DNA of 64,000 nucleotides from Candidatus Woesebacteria bacterium RIFCSPHIGHO2_01_FULL_39_32 (GTDB lineage: Bacteria; Patescibacteriota; Microgenomatia; UBA8517). Of this stretch, positions 18,799 to 27,940 are shown in pieces. A model generated the notes under the pieces. That model saw only the letters and a program-made list of their open reading frames with translations. It was not told the DNA's origin and searched no databases. The first letter of the stretch is position 1; every line of letters starts with the position of its first letter. A program made the translations under genes and the position numbers. Location of the stretch: NCBI GenBank assembly GCA_001792345.1, contig MGGJ01000004.1:9697-73696 (forward strand). The letters are read 5' to 3'.

Positions 18799-19554
18799 TT
18801 AGCCTACGTGCGGTCCTTTCTTTCTTGGTTTAACAATTAACTTATCCGAATATTTTTTATGCTTTCTTGTCTTACCTACAGCAGGTTTGCCATAGACAGT
18901 CTTTGGATATTTCATTCCGACTCCGCTTCTTCCTTCTCCCCCTCCGTGCGGATGAGCGTTAGGATGCATTGCAACACCGCGTACACTGGGACGTATTCCC
19001 ATATTTCTTTTGCGTCCCGCTTTTCCTAAACGCCGACTTCGTTCCTCGATATTTCCTACCTGACCCACAGTTGCCCAACTCTCAGGATTAAACCTTCGTA
19101 CTTCACCTGAGGTTAGTTTAATAAGTACGTACTCTCCTTCTTTCCCTTGCACGACCGCCACACTTCCTGCTCCTCTTATCATTTGCCCTCCTTTGCCAGG
19201 CTTTATTTCTATATTATGAATTTGAGTTCCTGCAGGTATTTTTTTAAGAGGAAGTGCGTTACCTACTTCAACCGGTGCAGATTCAGATGATATCACACGT
19301 CCCCCTTCTTTTAAACCTAAAGGCATCAAAATGTAGCGCCGCTCACCATCTTGGTATTTCACCATCGCTAATTGTACGTTTCTATTTGGATCGTAATCTA
19401 TTGACTCAACAACTCCCCAAACATCGTGTTTATTTCTTTTAAAATCAATTCCCCTTAAATATCTTTTGCTACGCCCTCCTTGGTGACGGACTGAAATGTG
19501 CCCTTTTGCACCTCTACCCGACTTTTTTGGCAAAATTGTAAATAGTTCTCTCAT
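18799..19554 (-). CDS. rplB: 50S ribosomal protein L2 (N-terminally shortened)
   Basis: [23 protein letters not shown]. Confidence 0.97.
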   Translation of the reverse strand: MRELFTILPKKSGRGAKGHISVRHQGGRSKRYLRGIDFKRNKHDVWGVVESIDYDPNRNVQLAMVKYQDGERRYILMPLGLKEGGRVISSESAPVEVGNALPLKKIPAGTQIHNIEIKPGKGGQMIRGAGSVAVVQGKEGEYVLIKLTSGEVRRFNPESWATVGQVGNIEERSRRLGKAGRKRNMGIRPSVRGVAMHPNAHPHGGGEGRSGVGMKYPKTVYGKPAVGKTRKHKKYSDKLIVKPRKKGPHVG

Positions 19555-19835
19555 TTTTTCTTTTTAGTTTCAAATAAATCAATCTTTTCCTTCTCTTTCA
19601 GAGTAACTATAGCCTTCTTTTCCGGCAGAATTACTCTTTTTGTTCCTCTCTGAGTGCGTTTTCTCTCACCTGATTCTTTTACTGTACGGACACTCACAGC
19701 ATGAACTCCAAATACATCTTCAATAAGTTTTTTTATTTGAAATTTGTTTAATCCGAGTCCGACTCTAAACGTATATTTTCCTTCTTCGGCTAGCTTTAGT
19801 GTTTTTTCGGTTAATATTGGTTCTAATTTATTCAT
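19551..19835 (-). CDS. rplW: 50S ribosomal protein L23
   Basis: PILTEK, YTF, KKAIVTL. Confidence 0.95.
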   Translation of the reverse strand: MNKLEPILTEKTLKLAEEGKYTFRVGLGLNKFQIKKLIEDVFGVHAVSVRTVKESGERKRTQRGTKRVILPEKKAIVTLKEKEKIDLFETKKKK

Positions 19836-20530
19836 TTTTCTTTACTTTTCTTAGCTTTCCTTTTGGTTTTTACTCTTGTTACCTTTGAAGTTACTTTTCT
19901 GGGTGTGGAGGCTTTTTCTTTTATTTCCACTTGTTTTGGGGAAAGTGCTTCTTTATCTAAAATGATTGTTCCTCCTAAATATACACCATGAGCGTTCAAG
20001 CCTCTAAAAGGGATTATGTTGATATTTGAAATATTTCTAGCTAGCTTTTGTAATTGAAGATTTTGGTCCGACAAAACCAGCGTGAAACGAGAGCCTCCGA
20101 TTTTTTTAAGAAGAGCTGCTATTTCTTTTGTCTTTTTAAAGTCACTCAAAGCATCTACGACAAGAAGTTTTCCTTCTTTTGCAGCCATTGTTAAAGCTGC
20201 GCCAAGTGCGATCTTGCGCATTCTGGCGGGAAGAGATAAACTCCTCTTTAAACCTTTTGGTCCGTGTGCCACTCCTCCTCCGACAAATATTGGGGCCGAT
20301 TTGGCTCCATGACGCGCGCCACCCGTTCCTTTTTGCCGATAAATTTTACGAGTGGATGCAATAACTTCACCGCGGGTTTTCACTTTTGCTAATCCTGGAT
20401 GAAGTCTTGCTTCATATACATGAATTGCTTGGGCTAAAAGCGGTAAATTTTCTTTTTCCACAAACCTCTCCGGCAGATTTGTACTACCTTTCTTTATTCC
20501 TTTTGCCGAATAAACATCTAGTTTAACCAT
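19832..20530 (-). CDS. rplD: 50S ribosomal protein L4
   Basis: KTRGEV, RQKGTGGARHG, GGGVAHGP. Confidence 0.97.
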   Translation of the reverse strand: MVKLDVYSAKGIKKGSTNLPERFVEKENLPLLAQAIHVYEARLHPGLAKVKTRGEVIASTRKIYRQKGTGGARHGAKSAPIFVGGGVAHGPKGLKRSLSLPARMRKIALGAALTMAAKEGKLLVVDALSDFKKTKEIAALLKKIGGSRFTLVLSDQNLQLQKLARNISNINIIPFRGLNAHGVYLGGTIILDKEALSPKQVEIKEKASTPRKVTSKVTRVKTKRKAKKSKEK

Positions 20531-20532
20531 TA

Positions 20533-21321
20533 TTATTCCTTTTTACCTTCTGTTTTTTCATCGTTTCCACTTCCTGCTTCTCCATTGCCCTCCATAGCAT
20601 CGGCGTCGGAGGGTTCAACTTGTTGGATCTCGACTTGTGGAGCTTCTTCTACCAACTCTTCCAGGCTTCCCTCAGCTAGTTTTTTGATAATTAAAAGACC
20701 ACCTGGGACGCCCGGGACAGGACCGGAAACCGCAATTAAGCCAGCCTCTTTATCAACATCGACAACAATTAAATTTTTAACAGTCACTCTGTCGCCTCCC
20801 ATTCGACCAGCCATTTTTTTACCTTTTAGAACTCTTCCCGGAGTTGTTCCTTGACCAATTGATCCGGGAGCTCTTTCGCGATCACTTTGTCCATGTGTTC
20901 GAGGACCACCATGAAAACCCCAGCGTTTCACAACACCGGCAAATCCTTTCCCCTTAGAAGTTCCTGTTATGGCAATTACATCTCCCTTTTTAAAAACATC
21001 GGAGACAGAAATAATATCTCCTACCTTAAATTCGGGTTCGCTATCCAATCGTACTTCGCGCAAAAAACGCGGCATTTTATTTTGAATTTTGAATTTTGAA
21101 TTTTGAGTTGACTTTCTGAGGTGACCTTGAAGTGGTTTTGAAGTGTTTTTGAGGTTTCTATTTCCGAATCCGAGTTGTACTGCCCAATATCCGTCCTTTT
21201 CAATATTCTTAATCTGGGTAACGACACAGGGGCCTACCTTTATCCATGTAACAGCCACCCTCGTTCCTTCGACGAAGGTCTGACTCATTTTTTGTTTTGA
21301 ACCGAGAATTGTATTTAGCAT
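20533..21321 (-). CDS. rplC: 50S ribosomal protein L3 with repeat-derived insert and acidic tail
   Basis: DGYWAVQLG, SKGKGFAGVVKRW, RAPGSIG, KMAGRMG. Confidence 0.98.
   Translation of the reverse strand: MLNTILGSKQKMSQTFVEGTRVAVTWIKVGPCVVTQIKNIEKDGYWAVQLGFGNRNLKNTSKPLQGHLRKSTQNSKFKIQNKMPRFLREVRLDSEPEFKVGDIISVSDVFKKGDVIAITGTSKGKGFAGVVKRWGFHGGPRTHGQSDRERAPGSIGQGTTPGRVLKGKKMAGRMGGDRVTVKNLIVVDVDKEAGLIAVSGPVPGVPGGLLIIKKLAEGSLEELVEEAPQVEIQQVEPSDADAMEGNGEAGSGNDEKTEGKKE
21079..21106. repeat. Perfect heptamer tandem repeat (ATTTTGA)x4 inside rplC
   Basis: Read directly; encodes part of STQNSKFKIQNK. Confidence 0.9.
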
Positions 21322-21329
21322 TTTTTTAC

Positions 21330-21456
21330 ACTAAAAAAGGCGCCAGGGCGCCTTCAATTCAAACTCAGGCACTTTCTAGCAGGAAATTTACGTGGTCATG
21401 TGTGACGAACCACCTCCACTATCGCAAATTATATCAAATGATCTCGAATCACGCAA
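21330..21456 (-). promoter_or_regulatory. sigma70 promoter plus structured leader and terminator upstream of rplC
   Basis: TTGCGT(21451-21456)-17 nt-TATAAT(21428-21433); GTGGT..ACCAC stem; AAGGCGCC-CT-GGCGCCTT-TTT hairpin. Confidence 0.65.
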
Positions 21457-21483
21457 CATATATCCTTTTGTTATAATCCAATC

Positions 21484-21955
21484 ATGGTTGAGGTTAAAAA
21501 ACTGAAAGAAGAAGATCTCCCAAAGGTTGTCAAATTAAGTATTAATATCTTCAAACCAAGTGAAAATGAAATAAATAAATTTCACAATACTCAAAAGTGG
21601 ACGGAAAATTACTCGAAAGATAGCCTACTATTAGGAGCTTTTTTTTAATGGCTTTCTTGCAGCTTTTCTTTTTGGTTATAGAAATGACCTGGAAAAAAAC
21701 AGCTTTCATATTTGGATGTGCGGGGTAGACCAGGAGTATCGAAGAAAAGGTCTAATAAAATTACTAATGAATGAATCCTTTCAACAGGCAGGAAAAGAAG
21801 GCTATTTATACGTAACGATAAATACTTACAAAGATAAATTTCCCGCAATATACTCGTACCTAACAAACTATGGTTTTAAAGAATACAAAAAGGAGCCAAA
21901 TAATTGGAATGGGCAAAAGATAGTCAAAAGCTTCTTTAGAAAAAATATAGAATAA
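21484..21955 (+). pseudogene. GNAT acetyltransferase split by +1 frameshift in a T8 tract
   Basis: Frame from ATG 21484 stops at TAA 21646-21648; removing one T (21639-21646) joins it to FHIWMCGVDQEYRRKG. Confidence 0.8.
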
Positions 21956-21973
21956 ACCTACACCTAACACTAA

Positions 21974-22864
21974 ATGAAACGGTTAATAATACTTATTCTA
22001 GCTTCAGTAATTTCCCTTTCTATACTGTTTTTTGTTTTTAGTAAGCATCAAGAAACAAAAAAATATTTGCAAAACAATACTGTACTAATACAACATAGTT
22101 ATATCTTGATGGGAGATACTGGTACTGGAAATAGCAATCAATCCGAGGTCGCTGAGGGAGTAAAGAGTTACTGTAGTTTTACCCAAAATTGTAAGGCTGT
22201 ATTTATGCTAGGAGATGTAATTTATGACGAAGGGGTTACTGGAATAAAAGATGAACAATTTTTAACTAAGTTCGAAAAACCTTATGCAGATATTTCATTG
22301 CCCTTTTACATCCTTTTTGGAAACCACGATTATATCGGATGTACATCCTGTTACCTTGAGTACGACAAACTTTCAACTAAATGGGAAATACCGGCAAGAT
22401 TTTACCTTCAAAATTATAAATCTGTTAGCTTTTATGCTATTGATACGGAAAATTTTGACAACGAACAGAAAAGCTGGCTTATAAACCAACTCTCTCAAAA
22501 TTCTTCAAAATGGAAAATCGTTTTAGGACACAGACCAATAAAAACATTCGAGGAAACAAAGCTAAATGAAAAATGGAATGGCGATGAAGAACTAAAAAAA
22601 ATATTGTGTAACTTTGCTGATTTTTATATCTCTGGGCACTCACATATTTTGGAAGATGCGGGACAAGTTGAAAATTGTAGGGTAAGACAATTTATATCAG
22701 GCACTGGCGGTTCTTATCCCCGAAACGTAAAAAAACCATATGAAGGAAAATTTTACTTTGAGGATAATGGTTTTCTTGCATTAACAGTAAGTGGTAAAAA
22801 TATTCGATTTGAGTTCTTTGATAAAACCGGCAACTCTCTATATAATTTTACCGCTGAAAAATGA
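21974..22864 (+). CDS. Membrane-anchored metallophosphoesterase (purple/tartrate-resistant acid phosphatase-like)
   Basis: N-terminal hydrophobic helix; GDTG, GDVIY, GNHDY, GH, GHSH motifs. Confidence 0.9.
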   Translation: MKRLIILILASVISLSILFFVFSKHQETKKYLQNNTVLIQHSYILMGDTGTGNSNQSEVAEGVKSYCSFTQNCKAVFMLGDVIYDEGVTGIKDEQFLTKFEKPYADISLPFYILFGNHDYIGCTSCYLEYDKLSTKWEIPARFYLQNYKSVSFYAIDTENFDNEQKSWLINQLSQNSSKWKIVLGHRPIKTFEETKLNEKWNGDEELKKILCNFADFYISGHSHILEDAGQVENCRVRQFISGTGGSYPRNVKKPYEGKFYFEDNGFLALTVSGKNIRFEFFDKTGNSLYNFTAEK

Positions 22865-22893
22865 AAACTATTCTACTTACTTCCATTTCGCCG

Positions 22894-23205
22894 TTACATC
22901 TTTATCTCTATGCTCACTCCCGCTGGGAGGTCGAGATTGGAGAGAGAATCAATTGTACGACCGGTTGGCTCAACGATATCAATTAATCTTTTGTGAACTA
23001 ATACTTCGAAATGTTCCTGTGCGTCCTTGTCTGTAAAAGGGGATTTTAAAACAGGTATTAATGTTCTTTTGGTGGGAAGGGGAATGGGGCCTTTTATCTT
23101 TGCACCTGTTGCCATGGCCGTATCGATAATTTTAAGCACAGCCTCATCGATCACTCGGTGATCGTAGCTTTTTAGCTTTACTCTGAGTCTGCCTCCAGTA
23201 GCCAT
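22894..23205 (-). CDS. rpsJ: 30S ribosomal protein S10
   Basis: KLKSYDH, GPIPLPT, HKRLIDI, LPAGV. Confidence 0.97.
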   Translation of the reverse strand: MATGGRLRVKLKSYDHRVIDEAVLKIIDTAMATGAKIKGPIPLPTKRTLIPVLKSPFTDKDAQEHFEVLVHKRLIDIVEPTGRTIDSLSNLDLPAGVSIEIKM

Positions 23206-23221
23206 GGTTCGGTCAAGGTAC

Positions 23222-23243
23222 AAAAAACCCAGCTGAGCTGGGT
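23222..23243 (-). terminator. Intrinsic terminator between tuf and rpsJ
   Basis: CCCAGC-TCA-GCTGGG-TTTTTT on minus strand. Confidence 0.65.
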
Positions 23244-23259
23244 GACTTAAATAGTCATT

Positions 23260-24459
23260 TTATCCAACTATCTTAGTGATTACTCCAGCTCCAACGGTCT
23301 GTCCACCCTCGCGAATAGCAAATCTCCAGCCTTCTTCCATTGCAACAGGCTGGATAAGTTTCACTTTCATTTTAGCAGAGTCGCCAGGCATGACCATTTC
23401 AATTCCCTCAGGAAGTGTAACTTCTCCTGTGATATCTGCTGTTCGAACATAAAATTGTGGTTTGTAACCGGTGAAAAATGGAGTGTGGCGTCCACCTTCC
23501 TCTTTGCTTAAAATATACACTTCTGCTTCAAATTCCGTGTGTGGGGTTACTGTCCCAGGCTTAGCCAGAACTTGACCTCTTTCAATTTCATCTTTTTCAA
23601 CTCCACGAAGTAAAACTCCTACATTATCTCCTGCCTGAGTTTCATCTAAAGTCTTTCTAAACATCTCAAGCCCTGTAACTACCGTCTTTTTGGTTGGTTT
23701 AAGTCCAATAATCTCGACTTCTTCATTGATCTTAAGAGAGCCACGCTCAACTCTACCCGTAGCGACTGTTCCCCGACCCTTAATAGAAAAGACGTCTTCC
23801 ACCGGCATAACAAAAGGCTTATCAACATCTCTTACCGGATCAGGTATATACTCATCAACAGCTTTCATGAGTTCCAAAATTTGTTTTTCTGCTTCAGCAT
23901 CACCTTCGAGTGCCTTAAGCGCGGAAACTTTGATAATTGGAACTTCGTCACCTGGATATTCGTATTTTTTGAGAAGATCTCGTACGTCTGATTCGACAAG
24001 TTCTATAATCTCGGGATCATCAACTGCATCAATTTTATTAAGAGCTACCACAATTGCAGGCACATTAACTTGGCGCGCTAAAATTACGTGTTCTCGAGTT
24101 TGAGGCATTGGACCATCCGGAGCGGAAATAACCAAGATTGCTCCGTCCATCTGAGCGGCACCCGTAATCATATTTTTGATATAATCTGCGTGCCCAGGAG
24201 CATCGATATGGGCGTAGTGGCGTTTGTCTGTTTCGTATTCGACGTGGGTGATATTAATTGTAACTCCTCTTTCTTTTTCTTCGGGGGCGTTATCGATTTC
24301 GTCAAATTTGTAAGCTTTTGTTTTATTTCCTGATTGTTTGGAGAGAACGGTAGTAATAGCAGCCGTCAAGGTTGTCTTTCCATGGTCGACATGACCTATA
24401 GTTCCAACATTGACGTGCGGTTTTGTTCTTTCAAATTTTTGTTTTGTTTCTCCTGCCAT
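23260..24459 (-). CDS. tuf: Elongation factor Tu
   Basis: [30 protein letters not shown]. Confidence 0.99.
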   Translation of the reverse strand: MAGETKQKFERTKPHVNVGTIGHVDHGKTTLTAAITTVLSKQSGNKTKAYKFDEIDNAPEEKERGVTINITHVEYETDKRHYAHIDAPGHADYIKNMITGAAQMDGAILVISAPDGPMPQTREHVILARQVNVPAIVVALNKIDAVDDPEIIELVESDVRDLLKKYEYPGDEVPIIKVSALKALEGDAEAEKQILELMKAVDEYIPDPVRDVDKPFVMPVEDVFSIKGRGTVATGRVERGSLKINEEVEIIGLKPTKKTVVTGLEMFRKTLDETQAGDNVGVLLRGVEKDEIERGQVLAKPGTVTPHTEFEAEVYILSKEEGGRHTPFFTGYKPQFYVRTADITGEVTLPEGIEMVMPGDSAKMKVKLIQPVAMEEGWRFAIREGGQTVGAGVITKIVG

Positions 24460-24543
24460 AATTTAAATCGATTAGTTAATTCGTTAATTAGTATAAAAAC
24501 TTATTGCCCAAAAAACAAGGGCATATTGCCCCAAGTAGACCGT

Positions 24544-24573
24544 ATTATATTAAACCTAAATTAACTATGTCAA
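24544..24573 (-). promoter_or_regulatory. Internal sigma70 promoter for tuf
   Basis: TTGACA(24568-24573)-18 nt-TATAAT(24544-24549). Confidence 0.6.
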
Positions 24574-24595
24574 TACTTAATTGAATTTCCGTATT

Positions 24596-26767
24596 TCAGG
24601 CTCTATGAAATGTCACCGTTCCTCTTTGGGCAATTAAATTATTGGCAATATTTGAAGGAACCTCTTCATAGTGACTCGGTTCCATATAAAAACTTGCTCT
24701 TCCTTGAGAAATTGAACGAAGTTTAGTAGCATACCCTGAAAGTTCGGCCAAAGGCGCCAAAGCATCGATAACCGTCATTACGCCTTTCTTTTCCGTACTT
24801 TGAATTTGAGCCCGCTTACTGGACAGATCCCCGATTATATCTCCCATAAATTCATCGGGTGTTGAAACCTCTATCTTCATGATTGGCTCAAGAAGCACCA
24901 TGTCGGCTTTTTTGGCCGCTTCTTCTAGGGCTAATGAACCCGCAATTTTAAATGCTATTTCAGATGAATCAACCTCGTGATAGGACCCATCGTAAACTGC
25001 AACTAACATATCGGTCATTGGAAAACCAGCTAATATTCCATTTTCCATTTTCTCTCGGACTCCTTTTTCGATTGCAGGAATAAACTCCGACGGAATTGCC
25101 CCTCCTTTAATCTCAGATTTCCATTCATAGCCTTCGCCGCGGCCTTTGGGTTCAACTCGCAAGAAGCAGTGTCCATATTGTCCTCGACCTCCGGTTTGGC
25201 GAATATATTTTCCCTCACCCTGAGCACTTCTTTTTATAGTCTCTTTATAAGCAACCTGAGGTGCACCTGTTTTTGCATCAACATTAAATTCTCTCTTCAT
25301 ACGGTCGACCAAAACCTCAAGTTGCAGCTCACCCATTCCCGATATAATGGTTTGTCCTGTTTCAGGGTTTGACTTAATCCTAAAAGTCGGATCCTCGTCA
25401 GAAAGCTTCTGAAGCGCCAGTCCCATTTTCTCCTGGTCAGACTTTGTTGCAGGTTCAATAGCTAACGAAATAACCGGCTCAGGAAAACTAATTGATTCTA
25501 AAAGGATCGGACCGGACGGATCGGATAAAGAGTCCCCCGTAGTCGTATCTTTTATCCCAACTGCTGCCACAATTTCTCCTGCATAGGCTTCATCTATGAG
25601 TTCTCGTTGATCAGCATGAAGTAATACCAATTTTCCTATCCTCTCCTGATGTTGTCTTGAAATGTTTAATATCACTTGTCCCGCTTTTAAAGTTCCAGAG
25701 TAAATCCTTAAGTAAACTAAACGCCCAACATGTGGGTCCGTAACTACCTTAAAGGCAAGGGCACAAAACTTTTCTTGATTAGTACGTTCTCTTTTCTCGA
25801 TTACCCCAGTATTTGGATTTTGCCCCTCAACGGGTGGAAGATCAACTGGAGAAGGCAAGTATTCTACCACCGCATCCATTAGAAGCTGAACGGTTGCCGT
25901 CCGATTGTCTCCACCCAAAATCGGAAAAAACTTTCCTGAAATAACGCCAGACCTTACTGCCCGCTTAATGTCTATTTCTGATAGTTCCTTGCCCTCTAAA
26001 TACTTGCTAAGAGCTTCGTCATCGAATTCTGCGACTTTCTCGATAAGTTCATCTCTATATTTTTTGGACATTTCTGTAAGTTCAGCTGGTACTTCTTCCT
26101 CGGTTAATTTGTTATCCTCGATTGCTTTATAGGTGCAGGCTTTCATTTTTATAAGATCAACTATGCCGCGAAGATCGTGTTCTAACCCGATTGGAATTTG
26201 AACCGGAGCTGCATTGGCTCCAAGTCTTTCCTGAATTGACTTTATAGAACCTTCAAAATCTGCTCCGATAAGGTTTAGTTTATTCAAAATACAAATACGC
26301 GGGACATTATATCGGTCAGCTTGACGCCATACGGTTTCGGATTGAGATTCCACTCCGGTACGACCATCAAAAACCATTACAGCACCGTCGAGAACTCGCA
26401 AAGAACGTTCAACTTCTGCTGTGAAATCAATGTGACCTGGGGTATCAATAATATTTATGCGGTAATGACCGTTTTCTATTGCGGAGCCTGTTTGAAGGTC
26501 CCAAAAGGTTGTAATTGCAGCAGAAACAATAGTAATTCCGCGCTCACGCTCTTGTGCCATCCAATCAGTAACCGTTGTTCCTTCATCTACAGACCCTTGT
26601 TTATATGTCTTTCCCGTTTCGAAAAGAATTCTCTCAGTTGTAGTTGTTTTCCCTGCATCAATATGAGCAATAATTCCGATATTTCGGATTTTTTCCAATG
26701 GCACATCACGGTCTTTTGTAACCGTCATTACCATTGCTGATTTTTTCTTTGCTTGTTGCCCTGCCAT
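24596..26767 (-). CDS. fusA: Elongation factor G (atypical G4/G5 motifs)
   Basis: [34 protein letters not shown]; in str operon. Confidence 0.98.
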   Translation of the reverse strand: MAGQQAKKKSAMVMTVTKDRDVPLEKIRNIGIIAHIDAGKTTTTERILFETGKTYKQGSVDEGTTVTDWMAQERERGITIVSAAITTFWDLQTGSAIENGHYRINIIDTPGHIDFTAEVERSLRVLDGAVMVFDGRTGVESQSETVWRQADRYNVPRICILNKLNLIGADFEGSIKSIQERLGANAAPVQIPIGLEHDLRGIVDLIKMKACTYKAIEDNKLTEEEVPAELTEMSKKYRDELIEKVAEFDDEALSKYLEGKELSEIDIKRAVRSGVISGKFFPILGGDNRTATVQLLMDAVVEYLPSPVDLPPVEGQNPNTGVIEKRERTNQEKFCALAFKVVTDPHVGRLVYLRIYSGTLKAGQVILNISRQHQERIGKLVLLHADQRELIDEAYAGEIVAAVGIKDTTTGDSLSDPSGPILLESISFPEPVISLAIEPATKSDQEKMGLALQKLSDEDPTFRIKSNPETGQTIISGMGELQLEVLVDRMKREFNVDAKTGAPQVAYKETIKRSAQGEGKYIRQTGGRGQYGHCFLRVEPKGRGEGYEWKSEIKGGAIPSEFIPAIEKGVREKMENGILAGFPMTDMLVAVYDGSYHEVDSSEIAFKIAGSLALEEAAKKADMVLLEPIMKIEVSTPDEFMGDIIGDLSSKRAQIQSTEKKGVMTVIDALAPLAELSGYATKLRSISQGRASFYMEPSHYEEVPSNIANNLIAQRGTVTFHRA

Positions 26768-26871
26768 AAGTCTATTCTACAAAATAAACCGCTTCTTTAC
26801 CCGCCTCTGGCGGGCTCGGAAGCAGTTACAGATTTTATCAATAGCCTAAAGTTAAATCAATAAAGAAACTA

Positions 26872-27348
26872 CTACCATCTGAAGTGAGAAAATGCCCTAT
26901 TGGCTTCTGCAATCCGTTCAATTTCTTGGCGTTTTTTGACTGCTCCACCTTCTCCATTTGAAGCATCTAAAATCTCAGCTGCGACTTTGTCTGCATAAGT
27001 TTTAAAGCCCGAATTTGAACGGGATCGCGCTGCTGCCACAAGCCAGCGAATAGCCAAAGATTCTTTTCTTTTTCCTTTGACAGGTATAGGTACTTGATAT
27101 GCAGCACCCCCCACTCTTCTTGGTCGAACCTCAGTTACTGGCTTTATGTTCTCAAGTGCTTTTGAAAAAACACTTATAGGATCATCACCTTTTTCTTTAA
27201 TCAGACTTAGTGCTTCATAAATTTCCCTTTGAGCAACACTTTTTTTTCCATCACGCATAGAGGCGTTAATAAGTTTCGCAAGCAACCTGTTTTTATAGAG
27301 TGGATCTGGTTCAACTTCTCTTGGTTTTACTAATCCTTTTCTAGGCAT
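26872..27348 (-). CDS. rpsG: 30S ribosomal protein S7
   Basis: MPRKG, GKKSVA, RRVGGAAYQVP, AEANRAFSHFRW. Confidence 0.98.
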   Translation of the reverse strand: MPRKGLVKPREVEPDPLYKNRLLAKLINASMRDGKKSVAQREIYEALSLIKEKGDDPISVFSKALENIKPVTEVRPRRVGGAAYQVPIPVKGKRKESLAIRWLVAAARSRSNSGFKTYADKVAAEILDASNGEGGAVKKRQEIERIAEANRAFSHFRW

Positions 27349-27372
27349 ACTTTAAATTAAAGAAAAATAATA

Positions 27373-27843
27373 TTAAGATCCAGGCGGTGTGGGTGTAGGC
27401 TCGGGTATAGGTGCAGACGCTTTAGCTACCCCTCCTCCCTGTTTTTTGGTACCATACCTGCTTCTGGATGATTTTCTGCCAACAACACCTGTTGTATCGT
27501 ATTTGTTTCTTACGACCTTGTATTTAATACCAGGTAAATCCTTCACTGTGCCGCCTCGAACTAAAACTATGGAGTGCTCAGCTAGTTCATGACCCTCACC
27601 CGGAATATATGCTGTGACTTCCTGCTTATTGGAAAGTCTAACCCTAGCAACTTTACGTAAAGCTGAGTTAGGTTTCCTGGGCGTCATTGTTCTCACTTGA
27701 AGCACAACCCCTCGCTTAAAGGGGCTTGGCATTTCTTTAAATAGCCTGTCTTTGGTATTAAACCAGCGCTTTAAAGCAGCCTTTTTTGCCTTTTTCGAAA
27801 TTTTTTTCCTTCCGCGTCTAATTAATTGTGAAACTGTTGGCAT
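27373..27843 (-). CDS. rpsL: 30S ribosomal protein S12 (alternative start 27849)
   Basis: [34 protein letters not shown]. Confidence 0.98.
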   Translation of the reverse strand: MPTVSQLIRRGRKKISKKAKKAALKRWFNTKDRLFKEMPSPFKRGVVLQVRTMTPRKPNSALRKVARVRLSNKQEVTAYIPGEGHELAEHSIVLVRGGTVKDLPGIKYKVVRNKYDTTGVVGRKSSRSRYGTKKQGGGVAKASAPIPEPTPTPPGS

Positions 27844-27851
27844 ACTCATTT

Positions 27852-27880
27852 CTAACTTTCTTTTTGAAAAAGAAAGTTAG
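27852..27880. repeat. Perfect palindrome (14-bp arms), REP-like
   Basis: ctaactttcttttt-g-aaaaagaaagttag; same family as 14737-14767. Confidence 0.8.
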
Positions 27881-27940
27881 GAAAAGAAAATAAATGCTTA
27901 AGACCCAGAAACCGGGTCAGTTAAGAATTCTACAATAATC

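Noticed and set aside
17936..21106. Heptamer arrays as CRISPR or DGR components
   Set aside because: No repeat-spacer structure, cas genes, reverse transcriptase or TR/VR pair seen in the window
24460..24495. Short TAATTCGT/TAATTAGT repeats upstream of tuf
   Set aside because: Only 2-3 degenerate units in AT-rich sequence; not distinguishable from chance by eye
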